Part shown: piece after piece, positions 45,748-57,177 of the stretch
Layout: each line of letters starts with the position of its first letter
How positions within the stretch are numbered: the stretch's first letter is position 1
Assembly (NCBI RefSeq): GCF_008831285.2
Contig: NC_045138.2
Location: forward strand, 3,534,001-3,598,000
DNA: 64,000 nucleotides
Source of the DNA: Nymphaea colorata
Taxonomy: Eukaryota
Direction: 5' to 3'
The notes under the pieces: model-generated
What the model was told of the DNA's origin: nothing
Database searches by the model: none
Seen by the model: the letters and a program-made list of their open reading frames with translations, nothing else
Program-made: the position numbers and the translations under genes

Positions 45748-47495
45748 AAACGTGCATGAATGCACAAGAAAGTAGATATGCTAGCATGGGTAGAAAATAA
45801 CACTTTTGACTTAAGAACTAACTTGTTGATATTAGCAACTATTTTTCCACGTTTTGATTGATTGATGGCTGGTTACAATCAAAGAACCTTTTTCCTTTTC
45901 TTGGGCTTTTTTTTTTCATTAATTGTTGTTATATAAGAACAGCTTAAAGCAATTTAGGAAATAAAAAATTGTTGGTAATTGCAATATGAGGTAATTGGTA
46001 GCTCATTCTTTTAAATTTGTAAGCAGAAAAAGAAGCTCCAAAATGAAATTTTCCTTGTTGTTAGGCTGTGGGGTGAAGAAAAAAAACAGGCATGATAGTA
46101 CCAGTGATGATTTAGAGTTTGAATGGGGCGGCCCAGCCATTCTAAGCAGTCACTTTCACGCTTCATAGTCAGCGGTGGAGCCAGAAATTTTTTATGAGCG
46201 AACTGAATTAAAGTTTTTAAATTTTTTACTAGAGAATTAGTATGTGCCCCTCTTTTGCCCCCTCATGCGCAAGAATCGGGGCAGCATCCTCATCCCGCTC
46301 CTCCGCTCAGCAACTGCATGGAACGCCACCCGCACCCACAATGGAGGAAATGCAAGTGAGGCCATGCTCTCATTCGCTCACTTTAAATAGAAACAATCTG
46401 CCTACCAGCCATAAACCCAAAACGAATATGCCAAAATGGCAATAAAAGCACTGCAACACAATTCAATGCTCAAGCCTTTGGTGCAGTTGAGGCTTTGAGA
46501 TAGTAATATATGTGAAAAGAATTCAATGATTTCGACGAGCTTATGTACCCGTGTCTATATTATATTACATGTTTAGCGACAGTATTCATTAAAATGTCAC
46601 TAATTTTGCGGGCAAAGAAAATCCTTGCACCGACGGTAGCAATGGAATAAGATATACACATTGGAGGGGAAAAGATAAGATAAGATTATAGTATAGTATA
46701 GTATCCCACATGCGATAGTACAGTAGTCCAAATCGGATGTGTGGGACTTAGTTCAAGCATGCACGCCACTCACCGCTATTGGCCCGCACATAGTGATGTT
46801 CTTCCTTTATTGTTCCTCTGTTTTTTTTTCCCCCTTTCCCCGGAAAGACTATTGATGTAGATGAGGGTAAGGAGGTTCTTTCACCAGCAACTATTAACAT
46901 TTGGTTACTTCTAATCTTAAATTCAAAAGTTTGATTTGACATGTTTTGGTTGATGTGACATAAAAATTTTGTTAATCAAACTAAAAATATTAAGTGGACA
47001 CTTGAAAATTCTAGTTTGGCCTTTTAAAAGGTGACAAAAGAGTATAGCTTGCTCCGATATCAAACCACATGTGACTTGGACTCGGATTGGCAAATGACTG
47101 GGTCATTGGGTAAATGATTTAACTATTCAAATAAACCTAATGTATTTTTTGTTGCAGTTGAATTGGTGATCCCAAATGAGTCAAGTTCTACCTCACTCAA
47201 ACCTTGTCTTGTGGCGAATGAGTCAAGTTCTACCTCACTCAAACCTTGTCTTGTGACTGTATTTGTGGGTGATCTGAACCGACTTGAGCGAACCCTGAGC
47301 CAATCCGGCTAGTTTGTCAACCATGGACCAAACTAGATGAAAGATAATCAAGCACGCCCCATATAGTGTTTGTTCAAGCAAAGGAGAAGAAATTGTTAAA
47401 TCAGTACTCCACTACTGTTCCATCACTATATCTTTATGTTTTTATACGTAAGAAAAGTCACGCATGACCATGTCCAAGTAACAAATGTCAAAACA

Positions 47496-47933
47496 AGTTG
47501 CACGCCGTAGTTCAGTCAGCTCAAACTCAGCTCGACTAATAAAACCTCGAACTCAACTCGGCTTGAGCTCAAGAATAGCGCGACGGAAGCCGCTCGAGTT
47601 CAACCCGACAGTTACGTGTTGAGCTCGAACTCAACTCAATTAAGGCTCGACAAACTCATTTGAACAGAATTGATATTCATCATTACATGTTGAGCTCGAG
47701 CTCGACAAACTCGTAAACTCGTTTGAATATATCGACTTGATTAAGGCTCGACAAACTCGATCAAAGCTCAGACTCTACTTGACAGTTACATGTTGAGCTC
47801 GAACTCAACTTGATTAATTGAATGAGTCAACTCATGAACTCGATTGGTTAAGCAAATGACTTGACTCGAACTCATTTATGAGCTAAGCTTTAACGAGTCG
47901 AGCTCGAGTAGGAAGACTCGTTGTTCACCCCTA
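47496..47933. mobile_element. Degenerate hAT-like MITE rich in CTCGA/GAGCTCGAACTC motifs
   Basis: Right end GACTCGTTGTTCACCCCTA resembles the TIR of the element at 48643-48974, and there are many short internal repeats. Left end approximate. Confidence 0.65.
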
Positions 47934-48642
47934 TTGGTTAACGGCCAAACTTGGCTAAGAACCAAATTCAACCACAACCCCCAACCAAAGAACCAAACCA
48001 AATCAGAAATCCACTTATCAATTTTGAACATAAATAACTTAGAACTCACTTATAAGTTCTTGAAGATTTCTCATAATCTTGAACATAATGATATTAATAG
48101 AAATTCAATACCTTCACTTTAGCTTCTAATAATCTGTTCAAGCCTGCAGTGGGCATTCATTTTGACCCAACTTTTGGGGCCAAGACGATGACTACGAGTG
48201 ATATGCATTGTTTGCAGTACCTCTTTTGTTGATCTTTTTCTTGGAATGGAACGTAACATTTGGAAAGGTTGCAGTCCAATCAAAAACACGTCACTGTTTC
48301 ATATGCACCATATAAAGATGTAAGCGAATACCTAACTGAAGACTAAGCGGCATTCATTCTTTTTTCTGTTTCTTCAAACACGTAATGTTTTTCCCGAAAC
48401 TTTGGTCGCACTTCTAAGAGTGAAAGCGAAACAGCGAGACATGTTAGCAGGACATTGGTGATCACTTGAAGACAGAGACATGTTGGGTTTTCTGCAGGAC
48501 ACGAAGTGGGGAGGGGTCCATCGATTGAAATGCACTGTCTTTTCCCCTTTTCACACCTCCAACTTCTGGTTCTATCTTTTATTGGTTGGTTTCTCATGTC
48601 GCATGCATGCACGACATTTTCACTCGGCCTTGACTTGCCTTG

Positions 48643-48974
48643 TAGGGCTGCACAACGAGTCGAGACTCGAACTCACTCGAAAAAACTCGGCTCCTGTCGA
48701 GTTCAAATTTACGAAGACACTCCAAACAATAAACAACTAGAGTTCGAGTTTTAGGAATTCGACTTGACTCGCAAACCGTTACTTTATATAATATTGCCAA
48801 AACCGGTTTCATAAGTTACACAAGTTAATGCTTATACGAGTTGACCGAGTTAATGCTTACACGAGAGATAAAGTTAAACGAGTTAAAGGGTTAAACGAGT
48901 CAAGTTCGAGCTTGCTATAAAAAGCTCGAGTCGAGTTCGAGCCGAGTTTTAGCGGAGGCTCGTGTGCAGCCCTA
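48643..48974. mobile_element. hAT-like MITE, 332 bp
   Basis: Perfect 12-bp TIRs TAGGGCTGCACA / TGTGCAGCCCTA with subterminal CGAG/CTCG repeats. TSD degenerate. Confidence 0.85.
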
Positions 48975-50550
48975 GATATGCCTAAAGTGGTTTTGACTCG
49001 CCTAATTCAGCTGTTACATTATGGTTATTTGATTCTCCAACTATAGTGTGAAATAAGGGGGAAAAGAAAAAATAACAATGGGCAAAACCTAGCTTTGCTT
49101 CCCGCTTAAACCTGGTTAATTTGCCGTATGAACTCAGCAATCAAAATCAGACCATCTATATAAAAACAATATACAGTTAAAAAAATCGTACTATAAAATA
49201 GTAGCCGACATTTTGTCGCACGGGAGAGGAAGAGAGAGAGAGAGAGAGAGATCATGTGACTTCACTGTTCCCACGTGAAATCATCATCTTTTTTTTTTTT
49301 TCTCTCTCTATTCCTTCATCTTTCTTCTTCTCTGTCAATTTCAACATTGGAAGAAGAAGAAAAAAAGGGAGCCTCCTGTGTTGCATGTGACAGAACTATT
49401 GGTAGCAGTAATGGCGAGACGTGGTTTTTGCAACTCCCTTCTTCCTCCTAGCCGCCATTTAGGTTCCTTTGCTTGCTTTTATCTGAGATCTATCCGGCTT
49501 TCAAGTCCAACTCCCGAATCTCAAATCTATGGATGGATTTGAAATCCACGTTAAGAGTGGATGAAGAAATCATAAATTAATAAAACCAGGAATTTCAGTT
49601 TTTTTTTTTTTTTTATTTCAGATCGCATCAGATCTAAAATCTGTGACTGTGAGGAATCAAACACAACCTTAATTGACTTGTTTCGAAAATAGTTCGGCTT
49701 TCAACTACCGGACACGCGCGTTATTATGGCGGGTTTGATAACTTTTCTTTGATGTGACAAAAGATCTTTCATGGAATCTTTATCTCATGTTCCTTAAACC
49801 AAAGACTTTTTTTTAAGTCTAATGATTCATTTGAAATCCTCATTTTACTTTTTTTGTTCGTTGTAAAAAAAAAAGTCTGACCTGAGATCAAAGACAGAGA
49901 AAGAAAGAGAATCTCAAATATGATCTTAAACGGTAAACCTCAAATCCTAAAGATCTTACATAAATAGATAAAGGGCACCCTTTTATGGTATGTTTGATTC
50001 CCCACGAATCTAAGGTTCGAGAAGCTGAAATAAATCCACACTTTAACTTTAAGACTCCATTTGATGGCAGATAAACAATTGGAATGGTAAATTTACCACG
50101 GAAAAAAATCCATGATAAAAAGTCGGAGCGGTCAAAGGGTCCAACTTTTTTGCAGGATAAAATTACCGTCATCTATTTATTTCAGCAGGTTAATTTTTCT
50201 TGTGTTTGTTTTGAAAGTGAAAAGCAGTACAAAAACATTAAGTTTCTCCTGGTAAAATCTATTGAATTTCAAATCCTGAGATTTGCGGTAACCAAACACA
50301 ACGTTCGTGACAAAGCATTGGGGTGTCAATCCTACTAAAAATTAAAGACAATTTGGAAATAAATGGCATAAGGTAAGGGTCTGTTATGCATATAGTCAAC
50401 AAACGACATTACAATTTGTGCAAATAACCCTTACCTTCTTTGCCGTTCACGTGTTTCTCCTATCTTTAATTTTATTTTGTGGAGAGAAAAAGTCCAAACC
50501 CCACACATTTTCCCTTGTTAAATAATGCAGATGATGGAGAACGTCGTGGG

Positions 50551-50788
50551 TAAGCCTAGGCATCGGGCCAGCCCTGCCTCGTAAAGAGTCAGGCTCGACA
50601 CCCGAAACCTGGGCCCGGCTCGGGCCCGACCAGATTAAGTTAAAATATACATATTTTTAATGTAAAATAATATATAAATATAATTAATTGTAATAAAATA
50701 TTATAATTATATATAAAAATCAATAAAATATGTATTTAAAAAAAATCTTATCGAGTCGAACCAAGTTTAGTCAGGCTAGCCTGGGTAA
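50551..50788. mobile_element. MITE related to 43378-43667
   Basis: Same layout: GGCATCG...GAGTCAGGCTC, AT-rich core ATTTTTAATGT.AAATAATATATA, CAATAAAA...TTATCGA. Boundaries approximate. Confidence 0.6.
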
Positions 50789-51090
50789 GGAAATCTCAAT
50801 TTTCACTAAATCCTGCCTCGTTCACCCTTACCACTTTGGACAAATCGAAATATAAAGAATAAATGCCGAAACTATTAGGCCTGCTTCATGTGGGTAATTG
50901 TTTTAATTAATCATAATTAAGACGTTTTCATTTGTTGCATGGTTTTCGTAACACTTTGTCTTACCTTTTTTTGTTGAGCAAGCAAACATTGGGGGCAAGA
51001 AAAAGGCCTATAAATTAAAATAGATATTATTTAGAAAGCAAAGTTATGAATGAATTTGTAGTTAAGTTTCAAATGCAAATAAAATAATTA

Positions 51091-51632
51091 TGGGTTGTTT
51101 GGAAGACACATTCATCTAATCCAGTTTTGTAAGTACTTGGTTTTTAATGAGTTTTCGAAGCAAAATTTGTACCCAATTTTTATTATAAACAACCTCAGGT
51201 TTCCAACTCCTTCTTACAAAACCCAGTTTTGTCAAAACTGGGTTTGAGGAAAACCCAGTTTTATAGGCACTCAAACACTCTAAAGACATGGTTTTTGCAC
51301 TCTAACGCCTTTAATTTAACTTTAAAACCGGGGGTAATTGGATGACACCCTCATCTAACCCAATTTCATAAAGCTTAGTTTCATGAAAACGAAGTTCTTT
51401 AATGAGTTTTGAAAACTTGGTTTATTTGTTTAGATGACACAATCAAATCAAGTTCTTTAATGAGTTTAGTTGGGTGTTTTTTTTTGCTCTCCTTTACAAC
51501 ACTAACTTTTGTTGAGATTGAGTTTTCTTTAAACCCAGTTATTATGGGACAAAAACGCTTCAAAAACCTAATTCTGGATGCAAAACCAAGATTTGCTTCA
51601 AAAAAGTTGATCAGGATGTCATCCATAAACCC
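51091..51632. mobile_element. Cluster of Tourist/PIF-like MITE remnants
   Basis: TTA|TGGGTTGTTTGGA...TCAAACACTC|TAA (51091-51280) and GGGGTAATTGGATGACA...TGTCATCCATAAACCC (about 51331-51632) share the internal GACAC..TCATCTAA.CCA motif. Confidence 0.5.
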
Positions 51633-51751
51633 ATAAAAATTTTGTTGCACCACAAAAAATGACATTGGAAAAAAAAAAAAGAGAAAAAGAAAGAGATACA
51701 TGTTCATGGTTTCTAAACAGGACACATGTCTTAACTAGCGTTGGTTAACTC

Positions 51752-51957
51752 CAGGGATGGAGCCAAAGGAGGGCCCACAGGAGCCCTGACCCTCCTTAAA
51801 AAAAAAAAACAAAATAAAATAAATTACATGTAAATTTTAGAAAATTTCACTTGTTCTTACATAAAACTTTTGAAAAATGATATTTAAGTCTCTGTCAAAA
51901 TTTAGAAACTTTAATTTGGCTTGGCTCCCCTCTTAAAATTTTCTGGCTCTGCCCTTG
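51752..51957. mobile_element. MITE of the CAGGGGCGGAGCC family (hAT-type)
   Basis: Ends CAGGGATGGAGCCA / TGGCTCTGCCCTTG, with 8-bp flanks GTTAACTC / ATGAACTC (6/8). Partial inverted copies lie at about 46169-46236 and 53725-53890. Confidence 0.8.
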
Positions 51958-52793
51958 ATGAACTCAAAGGACACCACCTTTAAAATGTTGGAGGTAATTG
52001 TAACTAAACTACACTGATCATCATCTGTTTGTAAAATCCCCGAACATTTCACAACTAGATTAATTATGGTAACTAAACTATGATTGGCCGTGAAATATGC
52101 AGCTCAAATTTGTTGAAACTTTCTCTACATTTTTTTCACAATCATAATACTAGTTAATCCTGTGGATGCTGGTGTCCTTGAATCAAGACTAAGAAGAAAT
52201 GAAGCTCAAATAGTTTATGATCAATTATCAGCTGACTCTCAAATCTTATATACTACATATATGCGTCGTGCTTGATCTTACAAATTCAGTCACGTAAGCT
52301 ATATAATATTTAGAGATAATATCAGTTGTCGTATTCAATAATCATAGTATAACTTATTCTTACAACATGTTTTTTATAAACCAGAAGCGTTTATTTACTA
52401 ATAACTCAACACGAGTGCAACAACAATCACGGCATGAAAACAAGTCATTACCCACTAAAAAAAAGGAAGTGGAGCTCATGTTTCTCCCTTTCTATTTTTT
52501 TTTTCTTTATTTATTTAATAGTGATTGGCAGCCCTAAACCAGTTTAGAAATTTGATTCCTAAGAACTTTAGTTGTACCACATTGAGTGGTAAGGTGGTCA
52601 ACTTCTTAAAAAAACTTGTGTTTAAACCTTAAAGCGGTCAGGGGATGTCCATTTTGTCATTCAGCTGCGGCATCGTCCCCTTTTTGGGGCTGGGTAATGG
52701 TGTCATTCTGTCATTATACTCTCTCCACCCCCTTTATTTTTTTTTTTGTGAGCTTATTGTATATTTTGTCTTTTTGCTTTTGTCTCCGGTTCT

Positions 52794-52807
52794 TTTTTTT
52801 TTTTTTT

Positions 52808-52895
<88 letters not shown>
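52794..52895. repeat. Compound poly(T)-(CT)n-(AT)n microsatellite
   Basis: Directly visible. It generates the spurious YIYIYI ORFs in the track. Confidence 0.95.
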
Positions 52896-52899
<4 letters not shown>

Positions 52900-54141
52900 T
52901 CAAATGAATTTTGATATTTACTATTGTGTGAACCGATTTCCGTCCCGTTTGAACTGATCTGATCTTTAACCTGACTCCCGGAGTCAACCGGTTTGCGGCG
53001 CTCCCCAAAGGAGGGGGAACTATGGGCGACTTATCAACTTGAGAGCGTTGATTGTTTGTTTTCGATCTAATTTCATTTCATATCCTTATAAAGATCTGAA
53101 ATGTATCAAAACGTACCAGCAAAAAAAAAATCATTTTCTTTTTAAATCATATAACTTTTATCGACGTAAGAGAGGAAGGTAAGAATCGCAAGTACCTAAA
53201 ATATAATCCCTAGTTGGAGAGCTCACATGTTTTACGTTGAGAACTTTAAATTGTCCGTAGTAAAAGCGAGCCATGTTGAAGACATGGATGGCTTTAAGAT
53301 GGGGGCTTCAAAAAGAAAGAATTCATTTAAAGCGCGCTTTGTTGTGACGTAATTATTATATTAGTTTAGGTGGGTAAGCGGAAAGTTTGGAAACTTGAAC
53401 CTGCTTTTGGAATTTCCTGAAACACTTTTTACATTAAAAAAAAAAAAGTCAGGTGACCACCTGAAGCCGCATCTTCCAACCCATAATAAGTTTCCAGTTT
53501 GAGAAACCGAATAAGTCCAAATCCATCCGTCGTCTATTAAACCGTACAGCTAAGCCAACCTGGACTGGAGACACCTTTGACCTCCAAGTCTCCTCCTTCA
53601 ACGCTCGAGTGTGCTCCCCCATCGACGGAGCCGTCCATCTGGGATCCAACGCTCCACCAGTCAAGATTCCGTCCCCGCCAACCGCGCCGGGTTTACATCA
53701 ATCCATGTTGTTAGTTGGGGTTGGACTGAAGAGCTAAAAAAAAATTTTTTCATGAGAATGTATCGAGAATTATAGTTTGAAAATTTTGTATCATTTTGAA
53801 AAAATTTGGTATATGGATAAATAAAAAGTTTTAAAATTTGTATGTAATTTTTTGTTTTTTGTTGATGAGAGGCCAAGCCTCCTCCCACATCTAACTTAAT
53901 TAAGTTGTAATAAAAGGTTCGAAGTTCGAATCAGGCATTCATTTTATTAGATGGCGAAGCCATGAGAAGTGGATCAAAGGTCGGGGCCCAGGCGGACCAC
54001 AGGTGCGGTCCCAGCGTCGAATAATTGTCGTCCAAGATTTGGAAAGTAAGGGTAGAGTAGTCATTTCAGAGGACGAATGGGACCCACCCTTCCCTTCCCC
54101 CTCTCCCTTCTGTCTTCAGGAGGGAGAAGAGAAGCGACGGC

Positions 54142-54147
54142 CACGTG
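54142..54147. promoter_or_regulatory. G-box (CACGTG) upstream of the JAM-type bHLH gene
   Basis: GCCACGTGAA about 270 nt above the GA-rich probable transcription-start region. JAM/MTB genes are known MYC2 targets via G-boxes; function here is inferred. Confidence 0.4.
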
Positions 54148-55407
54148 AACTCGTGATCGGTTCAACGATGCGGTTAGAGAGAGAGAGAGCCCCCAACCGT
54201 GGTTAACCTGTTTAACCACAGTTACGTTGAGTACGACAAGGAAGTTAAACGCTGCAGAGAAAAATATCGTAAAAAAAAAAAAAAAAGGGAAAAAGGGAGG
54301 GAGTCATGAAAGCCGCGTTGCGTTGCGTTTCTTCGCTTCTCCCTCTGTGTGAGGGCGAGGTAAGGTAATAATAATGGGGAACTCTGTCTGTCTCGGTCTC
54401 CTCTTATCTGAGAGAGAGAGACGATAGAAGAAAAACCCTGAAGCCAGCAACAGAAAAAGGGAAAAAAGAGAGAGAGAGAATTTTTTAAACCCTAACCCTA
54501 TCCCTAGTAGCGGTAGACCTAGCCGGGGTGCTCTTTTATCGACGGGAGGCGAGGGAAAGATGGAGGCGTGAGGCCGAATTTCTCTGGTTCGTGCTTCGAT
54601 CAATATGCAGGCGCAAAAAGAAGAGTGGTAGTTTTCCTTTTACCCTCTCTCCCCCTCCCTGATTGGTTTTGGTTTTCCTCGTTGATGCGTGCGTTGCGTT
54701 TTCGGGATTTCTGTCGGCGTCGTACGGTTTTCTGCTGTTTTGATTTCCTTTTCCACTGTCCTGGTTCCTTTGGTGGTGATACCGCGATATTGTGTCTCTG
54801 TTTTTTTAGGAGAATGACGGGGGGATTGGAGATCTGAAAGGCATAATTTTTTTGGTTGTGGGCCATGAGAAGGGGTCGGCTTTTCTTCTGGGAGGGGAAG
54901 GATTCAAGGAATGGCGAGGTCCCGGAGCTCCCCCTCGTTGTGAATTGGTCGTTGACGCTCGAATGCGGTGCCTAGGAGCTCTTGCATTTCATCGGTGTCT
55001 GGTAGATCGGGAGTCTGGCGAAGGGGGTTTGGAATTTTCTCTTGGAGAGTCTGTTTTTGCAGCAACGACTTGGAAAACTGAGGTTTTGGTGCCACCGGTG
55101 CGAAGGAGATTGAATTGGGGAAGCCTCGCGGGCTAGGCTTCGGGAGAGATTTGAATTTGGGATCTCTTCTTCTGAAGCGGTAAGAATTTGACTGGACGGT
55201 GCTGGAACTGTGAGGCGAAGTCCGGCTTCATCAAATTGTTAGGCTTTGTAGAATTTAGAAACTTTTTATCAAGTGTTGATTGTTGTTGCTCTTTTCTTTT
55301 CTTCTTCTCTTATTTTCTGAAGAGAAAACGTAAACTGAGCATTTGTTGCTTCAGCTGGGTTTTGATGCGTCTTATGAGTTTCCGATTAGCTTGAATTTGA
55401 TAGTGGA

Positions 55408-57177
55408 ATGGAGTCGGCGGGGAAGTTTTGGAGTGGAGAAGATAAGGCCATGTTGGAGGCGGTTCTGGGTGGCGACGCATGTGAGTATTTGATGACCGGA
55501 AATTCTTCATCAGAAGGGTTGTTTACCGCCGTTGGCGATTGCGCGTTGCAGTCCAAGCTTTGCGAACTGGTTGAAGGGTCGGCTATGTCAAACTGGACTT
55601 ACGCCATCTTCTGGCAGGTCTCTAGATCCAAGTCCGGGGAACTTGTTTTGGGGTGGGGAGACGGGCACTGTAGGGAACCGAAGGAGGGTGAAGTGGTGGC
55701 TGCCGAACTTCGTCACTCTGGCGAAAACAGGGAGCAGAAAATGAGGAAGAGGGTGTTGCAGAAGCTTCATACATTTTTTGGTGGTTCCGATGAGGATAAC
55801 ATCGCCGTGACGTTGGATACCGTTTCGAACACGGAGATGTTTTACTTGACGTCCATGTACTATTCATTTCCTCGCGGCATTGGGGCACCTGGCAAGAGCT
55901 TCGCTTCCGGTAAACCTGTCTGGATTGTCAACCCAGACAACTCTGTTGATCAGTATTACTCGAGGTCGCACCTCGCCAAATTGGCGGGGTTTCGCACCTT
56001 GGTTTGCTTCCCCACTGAGACGGGAGTGCTAGAGCTTGGATCGGTTAATTTGATACTAGAGGATCAGAACGTTCTGCAGGCCATCGACTCCACATTTTCG
56101 GTATCCGGTCCTCTTAGGTCACAGTCTTCCTTAAAGTTGCATGAGCGGCCTGATGAATTCCCCAAAATTTTTGGCCATGATCTCAGACCCGGTAAGGCTG
56201 GTTCTCACCTTACAACTAAGCCCTTCGCTGCCAAGCTAGAGGATGCAACTGCTCCTTCCTTGCGCTCCTTGCACGAGCAGAAAGAGGTGGCTGCACCCTT
56301 GGTGAGCTCAAAGAAGGAACTGGCGACCCTGAGTTGGAGCTCTGAAGCGGGGGTGGATGCTTATAAATCGCAGATCCAACTCAAGCATGGAAACAACAAC
56401 GTGCTGATTGCAAACAGTGAGCCTGCTGCTGGCCTCAAGTATGGAAACTATACTAATGGTAGTGGCGTAGAGGAAAGCAGATTGAAATTGTTCCCTCCTC
56501 AGAGGCAGATAGACTTCTCGGGGACATCAAGAGCCGGTCTAGCAGTTCCTGCTAATTCCCGAACACCAATCAACGAAATAGAGATTCCTGACATGGATTC
56601 TTCATCTAAAGATGACCGGCTTCCCCAACCTGATGAGAGAAGACCAAGAAAAAGGGGACGAAAGCCAGCCAATGGAAGGGAGGAGCCTCTGAATCATGTG
56701 GAGGCAGAGAGGCAAAGGCGTGAGAAACTTAATCAACGTTTCTACGCATTGAGGGCAGTTGTTCCGAACATCTCGAAGATGGACAAGGCCTCCTTGCTGG
56801 GGGACGCCATTGCATACATTACGGAGCTTCAGAAGAAGCTCAGAGAGATGGAAGCGGAGAAGGAGAAGCGCGGCACTTCTACTAACGTTGCGGATGCAGC
56901 GGTAGGGATTGATAGTGCAGATGAGTCCCGAAAGACTTCCAATACAGAGATTGAAGTGCGGACATTGCATGAGGATCTGATTGTGCAGGTGAGCTGCCCA
57001 CTTGATACCCACCCCATAGCCAAAGTGATGGGAGTCTTACGTGACATGAAGATCGCTGTTCAGGAGTCCAGAGTCTCCACAGAAAGTGACTCGGTTCTTC
57101 ATACGTTTGTGATCAGGCCCCCAAGTGGGGGTGAGCAGCTAATGAAAGAAAAATTGGTCGCTGCGTTTTCAAGCTGA
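55408..57177 (+). CDS. MYC-type bHLH transcription factor, subgroup IIId (JAM/MTB, bHLH13/17/3-like), 589 aa, intronless CDS
   Basis: bHLH-MYC_N domain (WTYAIFWQ...[29 protein letters not shown]), b[58 protein letters not shown], and a C-terminal ACT-like domain. The [12 protein letters not shown]-terminus and NISKMD are typical of IIId. Confidence 0.95.
   Translation: MESAGKFWSGEDKAMLEAVLGGDACEYLMTGNSSSEGLFTAVGDCALQSKLCELVEGSAMSNWTYAIFWQVSRSKSGELVLGWGDGHCREPKEGEVVAAELRHSGENREQKMRKRVLQKLHTFFGGSDEDNIAVTLDTVSNTEMFYLTSMYYSFPRGIGAPGKSFASGKPVWIVNPDNSVDQYYSRSHLAKLAGFRTLVCFPTETGVLELGSVNLILEDQNVLQAIDSTFSVSGPLRSQSSLKLHERPDEFPKIFGHDLRPGKAGSHLTTKPFAAKLEDATAPSLRSLHEQKEVAAPLVSSKKELATLSWSSEAGVDAYKSQIQLKHGNNNVLIANSEPAAGLKYGNYTNGSGVEESRLKLFPPQRQIDFSGTSRAGLAVPANSRTPINEIEIPDMDSSSKDDRLPQPDERRPRKRGRKPANGREEPLNHVEAERQRREKLNQRFYALRAVVPNISKMDKASLLGDAIAYITELQKKLREMEAEKEKRGTSTNVADAAVGIDSADESRKTSNTEIEVRTLHEDLIVQVSCPLDTHPIAKVMGVLRDMKIAVQESRVSTESDSVLHTFVIRPPSGGEQLMKEKLVAAFSS

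Noticed and set aside
45434..48974. Repeat arrays as CRISPR-like structures
   Set aside because: Eukaryotic context, no unique spacers between constant repeats and no cas genes. They are tandem duplications and MITE subterminal repeats.
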